64,000 bases of DNA from Acidobacteriota bacterium (GTDB lineage: Bacteria; Acidobacteriota; Thermoanaerobaculia; Multivoradales; JAHZIX01), in NCBI GenBank assembly GCA_039191605.1, contig JBCCXL010000019.1, positions 67,102 through 131,101 on the forward strand, given 5' to 3'. Shown in pieces: positions 16,742 to 26,587 of this stretch. Each line of letters begins with the position of its first letter. Positions within the stretch are counted from its first letter, which is position 1. The position numbers and the translations under genes were made by a program. A model generated the notes under the pieces. The model was given only the letters and a program-made list of their open reading frames with translations. It searched no databases and had not been told where the DNA came from.

Positions 16742-18202
16742 CTAGGCCGCAGCTCCCCGGGCCCTGCGGGGCGAGGCGCTGGGGGTCGACTCGCCGCGAC
16801 CGCGCTCCGCGACCGGCAGCGAGAGCCGCACCCGGGTCCCAACATCTGGCTCACTCTCCACCGAGAGCGCCCCACCATGGGCTCGGGCGATGCGCTCGAC
16901 GATCGCCAGTCCTAGACCGGTACCTCCCTTTCGGGTGGAGAAGAAGAGCTCGAACATGCGGCGGCGCTCCTCCACATTCATTCCGCTCCCGTTGTCCTCC
17001 ACCTCCAGGATCACGCGGTCGGAGCGCAGCAGAGAGCGCAGCACCAAACGGGGCGTCCGCTCGGTTTCGCGGGTCGCCTCCAGCGCGTTCTTCACCAGAT
17101 TCACCAACAGCTGCTGAATCTGATCCGGGTCCACCTGCACCATCGCTGCACCGCTACCGTCCTCCACCCCCGCCTCCGCTCCCAGCGCCCGCAGCTCCGC
17201 CCCCAGAGCCATCAACGCATTCTCCAATAGCTTGCTGGGCTGCATCCGCTGGGTTTCCAGCGGTCGCGAGCGCGCGTAGGAAAGGAAATCCGTCGCCAGA
17301 TGCTCGAGACGCTGGATCTCGCCATGGGTGATCGCCAACAGGCGGCGGCTCGATCCACTAGCGCAGCTCGCCTCCGATAGCTCCTCCTCCATCAGCTGCA
17401 TATTCAGCGACAGGGAGTTCAGAGGATTGCGAATCTCGTGGGCGAGGCCCGCGGCGAGGGTGCCGATATAGGCCATGCGCTCCGTCTCTGCTGCCTGCTC
17501 TTCCAGCTGCCGAGCCCGCTGCAGCAGCCACCAGATCACCACGAAGGCCAGCGCTAGCACCACTAAGGTCACCGCGCCAATGAGCCCAATGCGCCCCAGC
17601 AGGTCTCGGCGCAGGTCGACGATGCGCTGATCCAGCTCCGTAGGATCGACCTGAATCCGCAGGAAGCCGAAGTCGCCGATGGCTTCCTCCACCTCCCACG
17701 AGTCGGTGCTTTCCTCCACTTCCCGCTGAATCGCTCCGCTTCGCTGCGGGCCGACCTCCCCCCCCTCCAGGCCGGTCGCACCGACGGGATTGGAGATCGC
17801 GGTTCGACTCTCGTTGCGAAACACCACGATGCCGTTCTTATCGGTGACCTCGACCCGCCGCACGATGTCCCGCTGCAGCAGCATCGAGTCGATATAGGTC
17901 TTGGTATCTCGATCCACCGCGATGGCGGTATAGAGGTCGCTCGGCCCCCAGGCCTCGAATTGCTCCTCCAGCTGGCCCGCGATCTCCGTCGCCTCCTGAC
18001 GGGTATCCAGCAGCGCTCGATCGATCTCCCGCTGCGAGAGGGATTCGAGGAAAAGCCAGGAAAAGAGAGCTAAATCGAAGACCACGAAGAGGGTGAGGAA
18101 CACCCCCGCGATGGCCAAGCGGCGCTGAAAAGGAGAGAGAGAGCCCAAAGGGGTGCGCGACGACTTCATGACTCGAACCCTACCACCGCGTTCGCGATTC
18201 AT
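16742..18202 (-). CDS. two-component sensor histidine kinase (2 TM helices, periplasmic sensor, HisKA + HATPase_c)
   Basis: H-box AAGLAHEIRNPLNSL. G-box GTGLGLAIV. Two hydrophobic segments flank a periplasmic domain of about 170 aa. No adjacent response regulator. Confidence 0.8.
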   Translation of the reverse strand: MNRERGGRVRVMKSSRTPLGSLSPFQRRLAIAGVFLTLFVVFDLALFSWLFLESLSQREIDRALLDTRQEATEIAGQLEEQFEAWGPSDLYTAIAVDRDTKTYIDSMLLQRDIVRRVEVTDKNGIVVFRNESRTAISNPVGATGLEGGEVGPQRSGAIQREVEESTDSWEVEEAIGDFGFLRIQVDPTELDQRIVDLRRDLLGRIGLIGAVTLVVLALAFVVIWWLLQRARQLEEQAAETERMAYIGTLAAGLAHEIRNPLNSLSLNMQLMEEELSEASCASGSSRRLLAITHGEIQRLEHLATDFLSYARSRPLETQRMQPSKLLENALMALGAELRALGAEAGVEDGSGAAMVQVDPDQIQQLLVNLVKNALEATRETERTPRLVLRSLLRSDRVILEVEDNGSGMNVEERRRMFELFFSTRKGGTGLGLAIVERIARAHGGALSVESEPDVGTRVRLSLPVAERGRGESTPSASPRRARGAAA

Positions 18203-18239
18203 ATCTAAATTTTTCGACTCAAATTTATCGCACTTAATT

Positions 18240-18271
18240 CTTGACAGATAAAAATAACTCTGCCACCATAA
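18240..18271 (+). promoter_or_regulatory. possible heat-shock (sigma-32-like) / sigma-70-like promoter in an AT-rich patch upstream of hsp20
   Basis: cTTGACA at 18240-18246 followed 16 nt later by CCACCATAA (compare CTTGAAA-N13-15-CCCCATnT). It lies in the only AT-rich stretch of the divergent spacer between the kinase and hsp20. Confidence 0.25.
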
Positions 18272-18555
18272 GCATGGTCATCGGGGAACAGTCTTTCCCT
18301 AAGGCTTCCGGCCTCCTCATCAACGAAATGATCCCGATGGGTTTGGCGGCCGAAAGCAGCACAAGGCATCACGAGCAATCAGGAGCCCCATCCGTCGACA
18401 GACGCGTCGGACAACTCCTTCAACGCATGCCCTTCAGGACATTCCCTTCTAGACATGCCCTTCAAGAAACGTCCCTCAATACGCGCCTCTCGATCCGTGC
18501 CTTTGAAGACATTCGGGGACCACGCGATGAAGGCCCCTCGATCAGGAGACTCACA

Positions 18556-19014
18556 ATGAGCACCGCCATGACCCGCATCAGCCTTCCCAACGAGCTTTTC
18601 CGCGACCGCTTCAGCCGCTTCTTCGACCAGGTATGGGACGAGAGCGCCCGCGGCCTCGCCGCCACTACCCCGGAGAACACCTCTGGCCGCGCCTGGCGGC
18701 CGGCGGTAGACATCAAGGAGACGGCAGACTTCGTCTCCCTCGCCGTCGAGCTCCCCGGCCTCACCAAAGAGGATGTCGAGGTCAGCATTGAGAATCAGAC
18801 CCTCACCCTCAGCGGCGAGCGCAAATTCGAGAAAGACGTGAAGGAAGAGAGTTACCACCGAGTCGAGCGCTCTTACGGCCGCTTCTCCCGCTCCTTCACC
18901 CTGCCCCGAGACGTGCGCAGCGAGGAGATCGAGGCTCGTTTCCAGAACGGGCTGCTGGAGATCACCCTGCCGAAGGTGGAAGAGGCGAAGGCCCGCCGCA
19001 TCGACATCCAATAA
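18556..19014 (+). CDS. small heat shock protein, Hsp20/alpha-crystallin family
   Basis: Alpha-crystallin domain VDIKETADFVSLAVELPGLTKEDVEVSIENQTLTLSGER...GRFSRSFTLP...GLLEITLPK. ATG 18556 has the RBS caggaga. The longer 18241 ORF is rejected. Confidence 0.85.
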   Translation: MSTAMTRISLPNELFRDRFSRFFDQVWDESARGLAATTPENTSGRAWRPAVDIKETADFVSLAVELPGLTKEDVEVSIENQTLTLSGERKFEKDVKEESYHRVERSYGRFSRSFTLPRDVRSEEIEARFQNGLLEITLPKVEEAKARRIDIQ

Positions 19015-19096
19015 ATCGACGCTGAATCAGCTGGCACCCAATCCGTCGATATCCATCGCGCCTTGGGCCCGGCCGGCGAGGGAGCTTCCGCTTCCT

Positions 19097-19131
19097 GCAG
19101 AACGCTCCGCCCCCTCGGCGGAGCGTTCTGC
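19097..19131 (+). terminator. 15-bp perfect hairpin (gcagaacgctccgcc / ggcggagcgttctgc, loop ccctc), likely terminator after hsp20
   Basis: Perfect inverted repeat 83 nt after the hsp20 stop. Followed by attta, a weak U-tract. Confidence 0.45.
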
Positions 19132-19206
19132 ATTTACGCTGCCGCGGCGCGGCACGCTGCCCCTCTTCGGCCGCTCAACCTGGCGCAGAGCAGGCCCTCG
19201 GGGAAA

Positions 19207-19235
19207 TTGACCCGCCCCCGAGGGTCGAGTACGAT
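19207..19235 (+). promoter_or_regulatory. sigma-70-like promoter for the ABC transporter operon (TTGACC-17-TACGAT)
   Basis: TTGACC at 19207-19212, a 17-nt spacer, and TACGAT at 19230-19235, about 33 nt upstream of ATG 19268. The -35 lies inside a small inverted repeat ccctcgggg/ccccgaggg. Confidence 0.35.
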
Positions 19236-19267
19236 CCAGGGGCTATGATGGTGGTTTCTCAAGCTTT

Positions 19268-20950
19268 ATGAGGTACTTAGGGACAGACCGCAGAATCGCG
19301 TTCGCCGTAAGCTGGCTAGCGCTGGTCCTGGCGCTTACCGCCGCCTGCGGCGGGACGTCATCCAGCTCTGACGGCGAAGGCAGCAGCGCGGCGGCATCCG
19401 GCAGCCAGGAAGCCGGCACGCCGCAGCGCGGCGGCACGCTGGTGGTCGCTCTCTCCGGAGACATCTCCGGCATCAACGAGCTGGTGGCCAACAGCTCCCA
19501 GATCACCACCGAGGTGATCAATCAGATGTACCTGCGACTCTTCGAGGAGCAGCCGGACATTCAGGATGCCCCGCCGACCTTCGAGCCTCGACTAGCGAAG
19601 TCCAAGAGCTGGTCCGAGGACCATAAGGTGCTGACCGTCACCCTGAGGGACGACGTCCAGTGGAGCGACGGTACGCCGATCACCGCGGAGGACGTACGCT
19701 GGACCTGGCAGGCCCAGACCCATCCTGCGGTGAGCTACGACAATGTGCTGATGAAGTCCTCGATTCAGGATGTCGAGGTGGTGGATCCGCTCACCGTGCG
19801 CTTCCACTTCAGCCACGTCTATCCGGGGCAGCTGGTCCACGCCAACGAGGGCGTGATTCTTCCCCGGCACGTCTGGGGGCAGTTGCCCTTTGAGGAATGG
19901 CGCTCGAACCCTCAATGGTTCCAGGATCATCTGGTGGTCAGCGGCCCCTTCACCCTCGATCGCTGGGAGCCGCAGCAGCGCATCGTTCTCACACCCAACG
20001 AGAACTACTACGAGAAGGACGTTCCCTACCTCGATCGAGTGGTGCTGGAGATCGTCCCCGACGCATCCAGCCAGCTCACCCGCTTCCTCAGCAGCGATAT
20101 CGACTTCCTGCGTCAGCTGCCTTCGGCGATGGTCGAGCAGGTCCAGGAGATCCCGGAGCTGGAGGTCCAAACCTTCTGGCCGCTGCAATTCACCTCGGTG
20201 ATCTGGAATTGCACCAACCCGCTCTTCGACACCGCCGAAGAGCGGCGCGCCATGGCGTTGGCGATGGATCTCGAATCTCTGGTGGGCAGCGTCTGGCATG
20301 GCTTCGCCCGCCCCAGCCCCTCCCCCATCGTCACCGGCGTCTGGGGCCACAACCAGGAGCTGGAGCTGCTGCCGACGGATCTCGAAGAGGCCCGTCGCCT
20401 GCTCCGCAGCCAGGGCTGGGAAGATCGCAATGGTGACGGCATCCTCGATCTGGACGGTCGCCCCTTCCGCTTCGACATCACCATCAATAGCGGCAACCAG
20501 GAGCGCATGGACGCCGCGGTGATCCTGCAAGAGCAACTCGCCCGCATCGGTGTCGATGCGCAGCCTCGGGTGCTCGACTGGAGCACGGTGGAACAGCGGC
20601 TGGTGAAGTCCTCCTTCGACGCCATCATCATCGGCCTTGGCCTCGAGACCAGCCTCGATGTCTCCGCTTACTTCCACAGCGAGTCCATCGGCAACAAGCT
20701 GAACTACGGGCGGTACTCCAACCCTGAGGTCGATCGCCTGCTGGAACAGGCCCGCACCCAGGGGGAGATGAAAGACACCAAGGTCTATCTCGACCAGCTC
20801 CAGGTCATCCTGCAGCAGGACCAGCCCCAGACCATCCTCTGGGAGCCGCAGCGATTGGTGGGCGTCAACCGACGGATCCGAGACGCTACCCCAACCTCCA
20901 TCGCGACGCTGGACGACCTGCAATATTGGTGGATCGGCCCCAACCCCTAA
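19268..20950 (+). CDS. ABC transporter substrate-binding lipoprotein, family 5 (oligopeptide/dipeptide/nickel, OppA/DppA-like)
   Basis: Lipoprotein signal ...LALTAACGG. Size and composition typical of SBP_bac_5. Followed by two OppBC/DppBC-type permease genes. Confidence 0.85.
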   Translation: MRYLGTDRRIAFAVSWLALVLALTAACGGTSSSSDGEGSSAAASGSQEAGTPQRGGTLVVALSGDISGINELVANSSQITTEVINQMYLRLFEEQPDIQDAPPTFEPRLAKSKSWSEDHKVLTVTLRDDVQWSDGTPITAEDVRWTWQAQTHPAVSYDNVLMKSSIQDVEVVDPLTVRFHFSHVYPGQLVHANEGVILPRHVWGQLPFEEWRSNPQWFQDHLVVSGPFTLDRWEPQQRIVLTPNENYYEKDVPYLDRVVLEIVPDASSQLTRFLSSDIDFLRQLPSAMVEQVQEIPELEVQTFWPLQFTSVIWNCTNPLFDTAEERRAMALAMDLESLVGSVWHGFARPSPSPIVTGVWGHNQELELLPTDLEEARRLLRSQGWEDRNGDGILDLDGRPFRFDITINSGNQERMDAAVILQEQLARIGVDAQPRVLDWSTVEQRLVKSSFDAIIIGLGLETSLDVSAYFHSESIGNKLNYGRYSNPEVDRLLEQARTQGEMKDTKVYLDQLQVILQQDQPQTILWEPQRLVGVNRRIRDATPTSIATLDDLQYWWIGPNP

Positions 20951-21311
20951 GGCGAGTGGCCCCCCTGGAGCGAGCAGCCAAGAACGGGGCGCCGGGTCGA
21001 GCAATCGGAGAATAGCGACCGAGAAAGAGTACCCAGCTGGTGGCCGGCAGCAGCCATCGGTAGGGGAATCCTGGTGCACGCTCAGGGGAGCGTAAGCCGG
21101 AACTGAGCCGCAGCGGCACCGAGTCGCAGCGGCACCGGTAGACGGGGCCTTTCATCGAGGACAAGGCCCTCTAATCGGCGCAGCGAAGCGTCGAGATTGC
21201 CCGACGCAGGAGCGTCAGCGCGCTCCTTGAGCTACCATCGGGGCGGCCCTGGTCGTCCCCGACTCCAACCTCTCCCTACTCTCTCGCCAGCGGCCGCCCC
21301 TTCCATCCACT

Positions 21312-22286
21312 ATGGGCGCCTACCTCATCCGCCGCCTCTCCGGAGCCCTCCTCCTGCTGTGGGTGATCCTCACCCTGACCTTCTTTCTCACCCGCATCGT
21401 GCCCGGCGGCCCCAGCGTTCTCTACGAGAATCCGCGGCTGACCCAGGAACAGATCGAGATCCGAAGGGCTCAGCTGGGCCTCGATCAGCCCCTCCCAGAG
21501 CAGTACTTCAGCTGGCTACAGCAGGTGCTGACGAAGGGAGATTGGGGGCATTCCTACCGCCTGCAGCGCCCCGCGCTGGACGTCATCCTGAGCTCCCTGC
21601 CCCACAGCCTGGTGCTGGGGATCTTCGCCCTGGCGCTGCAATACGGCTTAGGTATCGCTATCGGCGTAATCGCCGCCCGGCGCGCCGGCAGCTCGGTGGA
21701 CTTCCAGCTTCGCATCACCTCCCTGACCCTCTACTCGGTACCCACCTTCTGGCTCGGGCTGCTAGCGCTGATGCTTTTCCATCTCCACCTGCGCTGGCTA
21801 CCCTCCGGCGGCGTCGCCTCTCTGGACTCCGCCAGCCTCTCCTTCTGGCCCTGGCTCGGTGACCGCCTGCTTCACCTCGCCCTGCCGGCCACCGTGCTGG
21901 GAGTCTCTGCCGCCGCCGGAACCGCTCGCTTCGTCCGCAATAGCGTCCTCGAATCCCTCCACCGGGAGTACATCCAGAGTGCCCGAGCCCGCGGCCTGGG
22001 GGAGGGCAGAGTGCTGTGGGTCCACGCGCTGCGCAACTCCCTGCTGCCGGTGGTGCAGAGCTTCGGCCTCTCGCTGCCGGCGGTGCTCAACGGTGCCCTG
22101 GTCACCGAGGTGATCTTCTCGTGGCCCGGGCTGGGGAGAACTCTCTACACCGCATCCGTCGCCCGTGATTATCCGGTGATTCTCGCCGGCACCGCCTTCG
22201 GAGCGATCCTCGCCATCTCCGGAAGCCTCATCGCAGACCTTCTCGAACATTGGCTCGATCCTCGGGTTCGGCTGGACGGAGACTGA
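21312..22286 (+). CDS. ABC transporter permease (OppB/DppB-like, BPD_transp_1)
   Basis: Six hydrophobic segments. Conserved EAA-like loop region SARARGLGE. Confidence 0.85.
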   Translation: MGAYLIRRLSGALLLLWVILTLTFFLTRIVPGGPSVLYENPRLTQEQIEIRRAQLGLDQPLPEQYFSWLQQVLTKGDWGHSYRLQRPALDVILSSLPHSLVLGIFALALQYGLGIAIGVIAARRAGSSVDFQLRITSLTLYSVPTFWLGLLALMLFHLHLRWLPSGGVASLDSASLSFWPWLGDRLLHLALPATVLGVSAAAGTARFVRNSVLESLHREYIQSARARGLGEGRVLWVHALRNSLLPVVQSFGLSLPAVLNGALVTEVIFSWPGLGRTLYTASVARDYPVILAGTAFGAILAISGSLIADLLEHWLDPRVRLDGD

Positions 22287-22289
22287 GCC

Positions 22290-23345
22290 ATGACGAAGCC
22301 TATCGAGATCACGGAGGCCTCTGCCCCCGAGGCGCCGCCAGCGCTGCCCTCTAGGCGGCGCCTGCCCTACGAGCTGTGGATCGGAGCCTCCCTGCTCTTG
22401 GCCATGATCCTCCTCGCCCTCCTGCCAACGCCGATGGACCCATCGCGCATCGATGATCCCACGGCGACTCGACTGCTGCCCCCGGGCACTCGCCTGGAAG
22501 GGGTAGCGAAGCCCGGAGGCGGACTTGCCTTCGGGACTCAAGTAGAGCGCCAGGGAGATCGGTGGGAGATCACCACACCCCGCGGTAAGGTCCGGCAGAT
22601 TCCGATCGCAAAGACCGGAAATGGAGAGGCGCCGGACGCCGAGATCGTGGTCCGCCACCATTGGCTGGGAACCGATAAATTCGGCCGCGACCTGCTCTCG
22701 CGCCTGATGCAGGGAGCTCGCATCTCCCTTGCCGTCAGCGCTCTGGCGGTCCTATTGGCGGCTCTTCTGGGAGTGAGCCTGGGAGCTCTCGCCGCCCTCA
22801 GCGGGCGCTGGGTCGACGCCATCATCATGCGCGGCGTCGACTCGCTGATGTCTCTCCCCTCGCTCTTTGTGGTCATCGCCCTCGCGACCATCTTTAGACC
22901 CTCCACTATCCTGCTCATCGGACTCCTCGGTGGAGCCAGCTGGATGCCCGTCTGCCGCATCGCTCGAGGCGAGATTCTCAGCCTCAAGGAGAGGGATTTC
23001 ATCACCGCCAGTCGCGGGCTCGGGCTCTCCCCCCTGCGGGTGACCTTGCGCCATCTACTGCCCAACGCGCTGACTCCGCTGGTAGTGGAGGCGACGCTGC
23101 TCTTCGGCAACCTGATGCTCACCGAGGCCGCTCTGTCTTATATCGGATTCGGCGTCCAGCCCCCCACCGCCAGCTGGGGCAACATGCTGCGGGAAGGGCA
23201 GGACACCATCGCCCTGGCGTGGTGGCCCACGGTGCTGCCGGGCGTCCTCATCACCATGGCGGTCTTGTCGGTCAACCTGCTCGGGGACGCGTTGAGAGAC
23301 TACCTGGACCCACGCTCCTCTGCTGGCCCCCGCCGCACCACATAG
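22290..23345 (+). CDS. ABC transporter permease (OppC/DppC-like) with N-terminal periplasmic extension
   Basis: Begins 4 nt after the previous permease. C-terminal half is a typical OppC permease (ASRGLGLSPLRVTLRHLLPNAL). No ATPase genes follow. Confidence 0.85.
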   Translation: MTKPIEITEASAPEAPPALPSRRRLPYELWIGASLLLAMILLALLPTPMDPSRIDDPTATRLLPPGTRLEGVAKPGGGLAFGTQVERQGDRWEITTPRGKVRQIPIAKTGNGEAPDAEIVVRHHWLGTDKFGRDLLSRLMQGARISLAVSALAVLLAALLGVSLGALAALSGRWVDAIIMRGVDSLMSLPSLFVVIALATIFRPSTILLIGLLGGASWMPVCRIARGEILSLKERDFITASRGLGLSPLRVTLRHLLPNALTPLVVEATLLFGNLMLTEAALSYIGFGVQPPTASWGNMLREGQDTIALAWWPTVLPGVLITMAVLSVNLLGDALRDYLDPRSSAGPRRTT

Positions 23346-23432
23346 GCCTGACTGGCGACCCGGCCCGACCGGCGCCGAGGCTCGACTGGTGACCCGGCCT
23401 GACCGGCGCTGAGGCCTGACCGGCGAAGCGAG
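23346..23432. repeat. 34-bp tandem direct repeat x2.5 (gcctgactggcgacccggcccgaccggcgccgag) in the spacer between the ABC permease and the MFS gene
   Basis: Two near-identical 34-bp units plus a 19-bp partial third unit. Confidence 0.6.
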
Positions 23433-23472
23433 CGAAACGGACTCGCCACTGTAGGCCATCCCTGCCCTTGGG

Positions 23473-24753
23473 ATGCGGCCCTCGGCCTGGACCCTCGCCG
23501 AATCGCGCGCTCTTCGCTGCTATGATCCGCCCGCCATGACTGAGCCCCAAGCCCCATCGAAGCCAGCCGAGACCAAGAAGAAAGGCCCTCTTCCAGCTCT
23601 CTTCCTGACCATCTTCCTCGATCTCTTCGGCTTCGGCATGCTGCTGCCGCTGCTGCCCTTCTACGCGGCGGAATTCCAGGCCGACGCCTTTCTCATCGGC
23701 CTGATCTTCTCCAGCTACAGCTTCGCTCAATTCCTCTTCGCTCCCTTCTGGGGGCAGATCTCCGATCGCTTCGGCCGCCGCCCGGTGCTCATCGGCACCG
23801 TCGCTGGCACCACCATCGCCCACGGCGCCCTGGCCCTAGCACCGAGTCTGACGCTGGTCTTCATCGCCCGCATCGCTGCCGGCATCTTCGCCGCCAACTA
23901 CTCCATCGCCCAGGCCTACATCGCCGACATCACCGATCGCGAAGGGCGAGCCCGGGGCATGGGAATTCTCGGCGCCGCCTTCGGCCTGGGCTTCGTCTTC
24001 GGCCCTGCCGTCGGTGCCATCGTCGGCGCGAGCTTCGACCTGCGAGCGGTTCCCATGCTCGCCGCCGTGCTGTCGGCGATCAACTGGTTCCTGTTGATTG
24101 TCCGACTTCCCGAATCCCTCCCTCCGGAGCGTCGGAGCAAGAAACCCTGGCGCTGGCTCCTCTCCGGCTTCGAGGCCTTCGGCCACAAGGGATCTCTGAC
24201 CGCGCTGCTGAGTCTCTTCTTCTTCATCGTCCTCGCCTTCTCGGCCATGGAGGCGATGCTCGCCCTCTTCCTCGAGGAGAGATTCGGTTGGGATATCGCC
24301 AATACCGGCATGCTTCTGGTCTACATCGGCGTCGTCATGGTGATCGTGCAGGGGGCTTTCCTGGGTCGTCTGGTGAAACGCTTCGGTGAGCCCAACTTGA
24401 TCCTCGCCGGGATCCTCAGCACCCTCGCCGGACTCGCCTTATTTCCCTTCAGCCACGGGCTCCCCCTGCTGCTCACCGCCAGCGCCCTCCTGGCCATCGG
24501 CTCCGGGCTCTACTCCCCTTCGCTGACCGGGCTGGTCTCCCGCCTCGTGCCCGAGGATTCTCAAGGCTCCACCCTCGGCGTCACCCGATCCCCGGGAGCT
24601 CTCGCCCGCGCCGTGGGGCCGGCCGTCGGCGGAGCGCTCTTCTCCTCCCTCGGCGAGATGGCCCCTTTTTTCGCTGCCGCCGGAATCATGCTGCTCTGCT
24701 TCGCCCTGGCAACTTGGGTACTGGGACGCCTTGGCCCCGCGACCGCTGACTGA
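23473..24753 (+). CDS. MFS transporter (12 TM, drug/H+ antiporter-like)
   Basis: 12 hydrophobic segments. MFS motif A-like GQISDRFGRRPVL. Probable start at Met 23536 (MTEPQ...). Confidence 0.8.
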   Translation: MRPSAWTLAESRALRCYDPPAMTEPQAPSKPAETKKKGPLPALFLTIFLDLFGFGMLLPLLPFYAAEFQADAFLIGLIFSSYSFAQFLFAPFWGQISDRFGRRPVLIGTVAGTTIAHGALALAPSLTLVFIARIAAGIFAANYSIAQAYIADITDREGRARGMGILGAAFGLGFVFGPAVGAIVGASFDLRAVPMLAAVLSAINWFLLIVRLPESLPPERRSKKPWRWLLSGFEAFGHKGSLTALLSLFFFIVLAFSAMEAMLALFLEERFGWDIANTGMLLVYIGVVMVIVQGAFLGRLVKRFGEPNLILAGILSTLAGLALFPFSHGLPLLLTASALLAIGSGLYSPSLTGLVSRLVPEDSQGSTLGVTRSPGALARAVGPAVGGALFSSLGEMAPFFAAAGIMLLCFALATWVLGRLGPATAD

Positions 24754-25928
24754 TGCTGACCCGCGACTTCGACTTCGACCTGCCAGAGGAGCTCATTGCC
24801 CAACACCCCGTCCCCCGGGGCAGCAGTCGGTTGTTGGTGGTCGATCCTCCCGGTGACCGCCCCGCCCCGGAAGGGCGGATGGACGGGCTGCCGCAAATCC
24901 ACCACCAATCGATTCGTGATCTACCTCAGCTGCTGGACCCCGGGGATCTTCTGGTGGTCAACGATACCCGGGTCATTCCGGCTCGGCTCTTCGCCCATCG
25001 CGAGCCTGGAGGCGGCCGGGTCGAGCTGCTGCTGGCGGAAAAGCTCGACGAGCTCACCTGGGAAGTTCTGCTCAAACCGGGGCGTAAGACGCCGCCGGGA
25101 ACCCGGTTACGCCTGCCCTACCTCGCGGGCTCATTCGCTGCTGACTCGGCGGCGGGCGAGGAAGCCCCAAAGCCTCCTGCGGACATCCACCGACCCGCGA
25201 ACATCCGGCTCAGAGCGCAGGTCCTGGCGCTGGGCGTAGACGGTCGCCGCATCGTGCGCTTTTCCCAGCCGATCGAGAACCATTGGGAGGAGCTCGGCCA
25301 CATGCCTCTCCCGCCCTACGTCAAGCGCCCCGACTCCCCGGAAGATCGCCGCCGCTACCAAACCGTGTGGGCGCAGCAGGACGGAGCCATCGCCGCGCCG
25401 ACGGCAGGCCTCCACTTCGACTCCGACCTGCTGGAAGCCCTCGAGAAGCGAGGGGTTCAGCGGGCCAGCGTCACCCTTCATGTCGGCCTCGGCACCTTCA
25501 AGCCGGTCACCGCGGAGCTGGTGCACGAGCACCGCATGGACGCCGAGCGCTGGATTCTGCCGCATTCTACCGCCGGGGCTATCGCCGAAACTCGGGCCCG
25601 AGGAAGACGGGTTATCGCCGTGGGCACCACGGTGGTGAGGACCCTAGAGAGCGCCGCCCTCGCAGCGCATCGAGAACCAAATCCCTCCCAAGCGCTCCTG
25701 GGAGGCGAAGGGCGCAGCGAGCTCTTCATTACACCGGGGTTCCGCTTCCGCGTAGTCGATCGCCTGCTGACCAACTTCCATCTACCCCGCTCCACTCTGC
25801 TGATGCTGGTATCGGCCCTCGCGGGGCAGCAGCGAATCCTCCAGAGCTATGCCGAGGCGATCGCTCATCGGTACCGCTTTTATTCCTATGGGGACGCCAT
25901 GCTTTTGACCCGTGCTTCTCGGGATTGA
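24753..25928 (+). CDS. queA: S-adenosylmethionine:tRNA ribosyltransferase-isomerase
   Basis: N terminus MLTRDFDFDLPEELIAQHP and C terminus ...SYGDAMLL are canonical QueA. ATGA start/stop overlap with the MFS gene. Confidence 0.85.
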   Translation: MLTRDFDFDLPEELIAQHPVPRGSSRLLVVDPPGDRPAPEGRMDGLPQIHHQSIRDLPQLLDPGDLLVVNDTRVIPARLFAHREPGGGRVELLLAEKLDELTWEVLLKPGRKTPPGTRLRLPYLAGSFAADSAAGEEAPKPPADIHRPANIRLRAQVLALGVDGRRIVRFSQPIENHWEELGHMPLPPYVKRPDSPEDRRRYQTVWAQQDGAIAAPTAGLHFDSDLLEALEKRGVQRASVTLHVGLGTFKPVTAELVHEHRMDAERWILPHSTAGAIAETRARGRRVIAVGTTVVRTLESAALAAHREPNPSQALLGGEGRSELFITPGFRFRVVDRLLTNFHLPRSTLLMLVSALAGQQRILQSYAEAIAHRYRFYSYGDAMLLTRASRD

Positions 25929-26122
25929 TGAATATTTTTTGTCGATTTTGGATGTCTCCGCAGGATTCCGTGTATCATTTACGCTCTGATCGTACTATCG
26001 AGCCACGTGGTAATGCGGTTTGGGAAGGGCCTGACTAGGTCTTCCTTCCAAAATCCCACCTCCACCGCAGGGTCGTCCCTCGCGACTCCTCCGGCTCTCT
26101 CATTGCCCTCCGGGGGTCCCTC

Positions 26123-26587
26123 ATGGATGTCGATGCGGAAGTCCAAAACGCACTGCAGCTGTTGAGGCGAGCAATTCAACTCAGTGGTCTGACCCTCGCT
26201 CGGGTCGAAGATCAGGCGGGTTTGTCCCGCGGCTACCTCAGCCAGCTCTTCAACGGCCGCATCGAGCTGAAGCTTCGCCACATCCTTCTCATTCTCGACA
26301 CTCTCGGCATTCAGCCGCTGATCTTCTTCTCCATCGCCCTCTCCGAAAACAGCCCCGAGAGCGAGGGCAGCAAACAATCGGAGATCGGCGACATCTTCGC
26401 CCAGGTCATGGATGCACTAGGCGATGCGGATCAAATGGAGATGCGTTCGACGATGACTTCCCAGCCCGTTTCGCTGGAGCGTCATCGCGGCGAGAGCGCC
26501 GAGCCGGCCAACCTTCGCACCCTAGTGCGGGAGGTCGTGAGGGAAGTGATCCAGGAAGAGCGCGACAGCAGCCCCCAGGATCGCTAG
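26123..26587 (+). CDS. XRE-family helix-turn-helix transcriptional regulator with a C-terminal extension of about 90 aa
   Basis: HTH_XRE LSGLTLARVEDQAGLSRGYLSQLFNGRIELKLRHILLILDTLGI. AT-rich promoter patch upstream (25929-25990). Confidence 0.7.
   Translation: MDVDAEVQNALQLLRRAIQLSGLTLARVEDQAGLSRGYLSQLFNGRIELKLRHILLILDTLGIQPLIFFSIALSENSPESEGSKQSEIGDIFAQVMDALGDADQMEMRSTMTSQPVSLERHRGESAEPANLRTLVREVVREVIQEERDSSPQDR

Noticed and set aside
18241-19014. 257-aa extended Hsp20 ORF.
   Set aside because: The extension is a TTG-initiated read-through of the leader. ATG 18556 has a good RBS and begins exactly at the conserved sHSP N-terminal region.
21106-21140. Sigma-54 promoter in the SBP-permease spacer (cgcagcggcaccg x2, containing GGCAC...GCA).
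   Set aside because: The GG-to-GC spacing is one nucleotide short of the obligatory -24/-12 geometry. I retain it only as a direct repeat.
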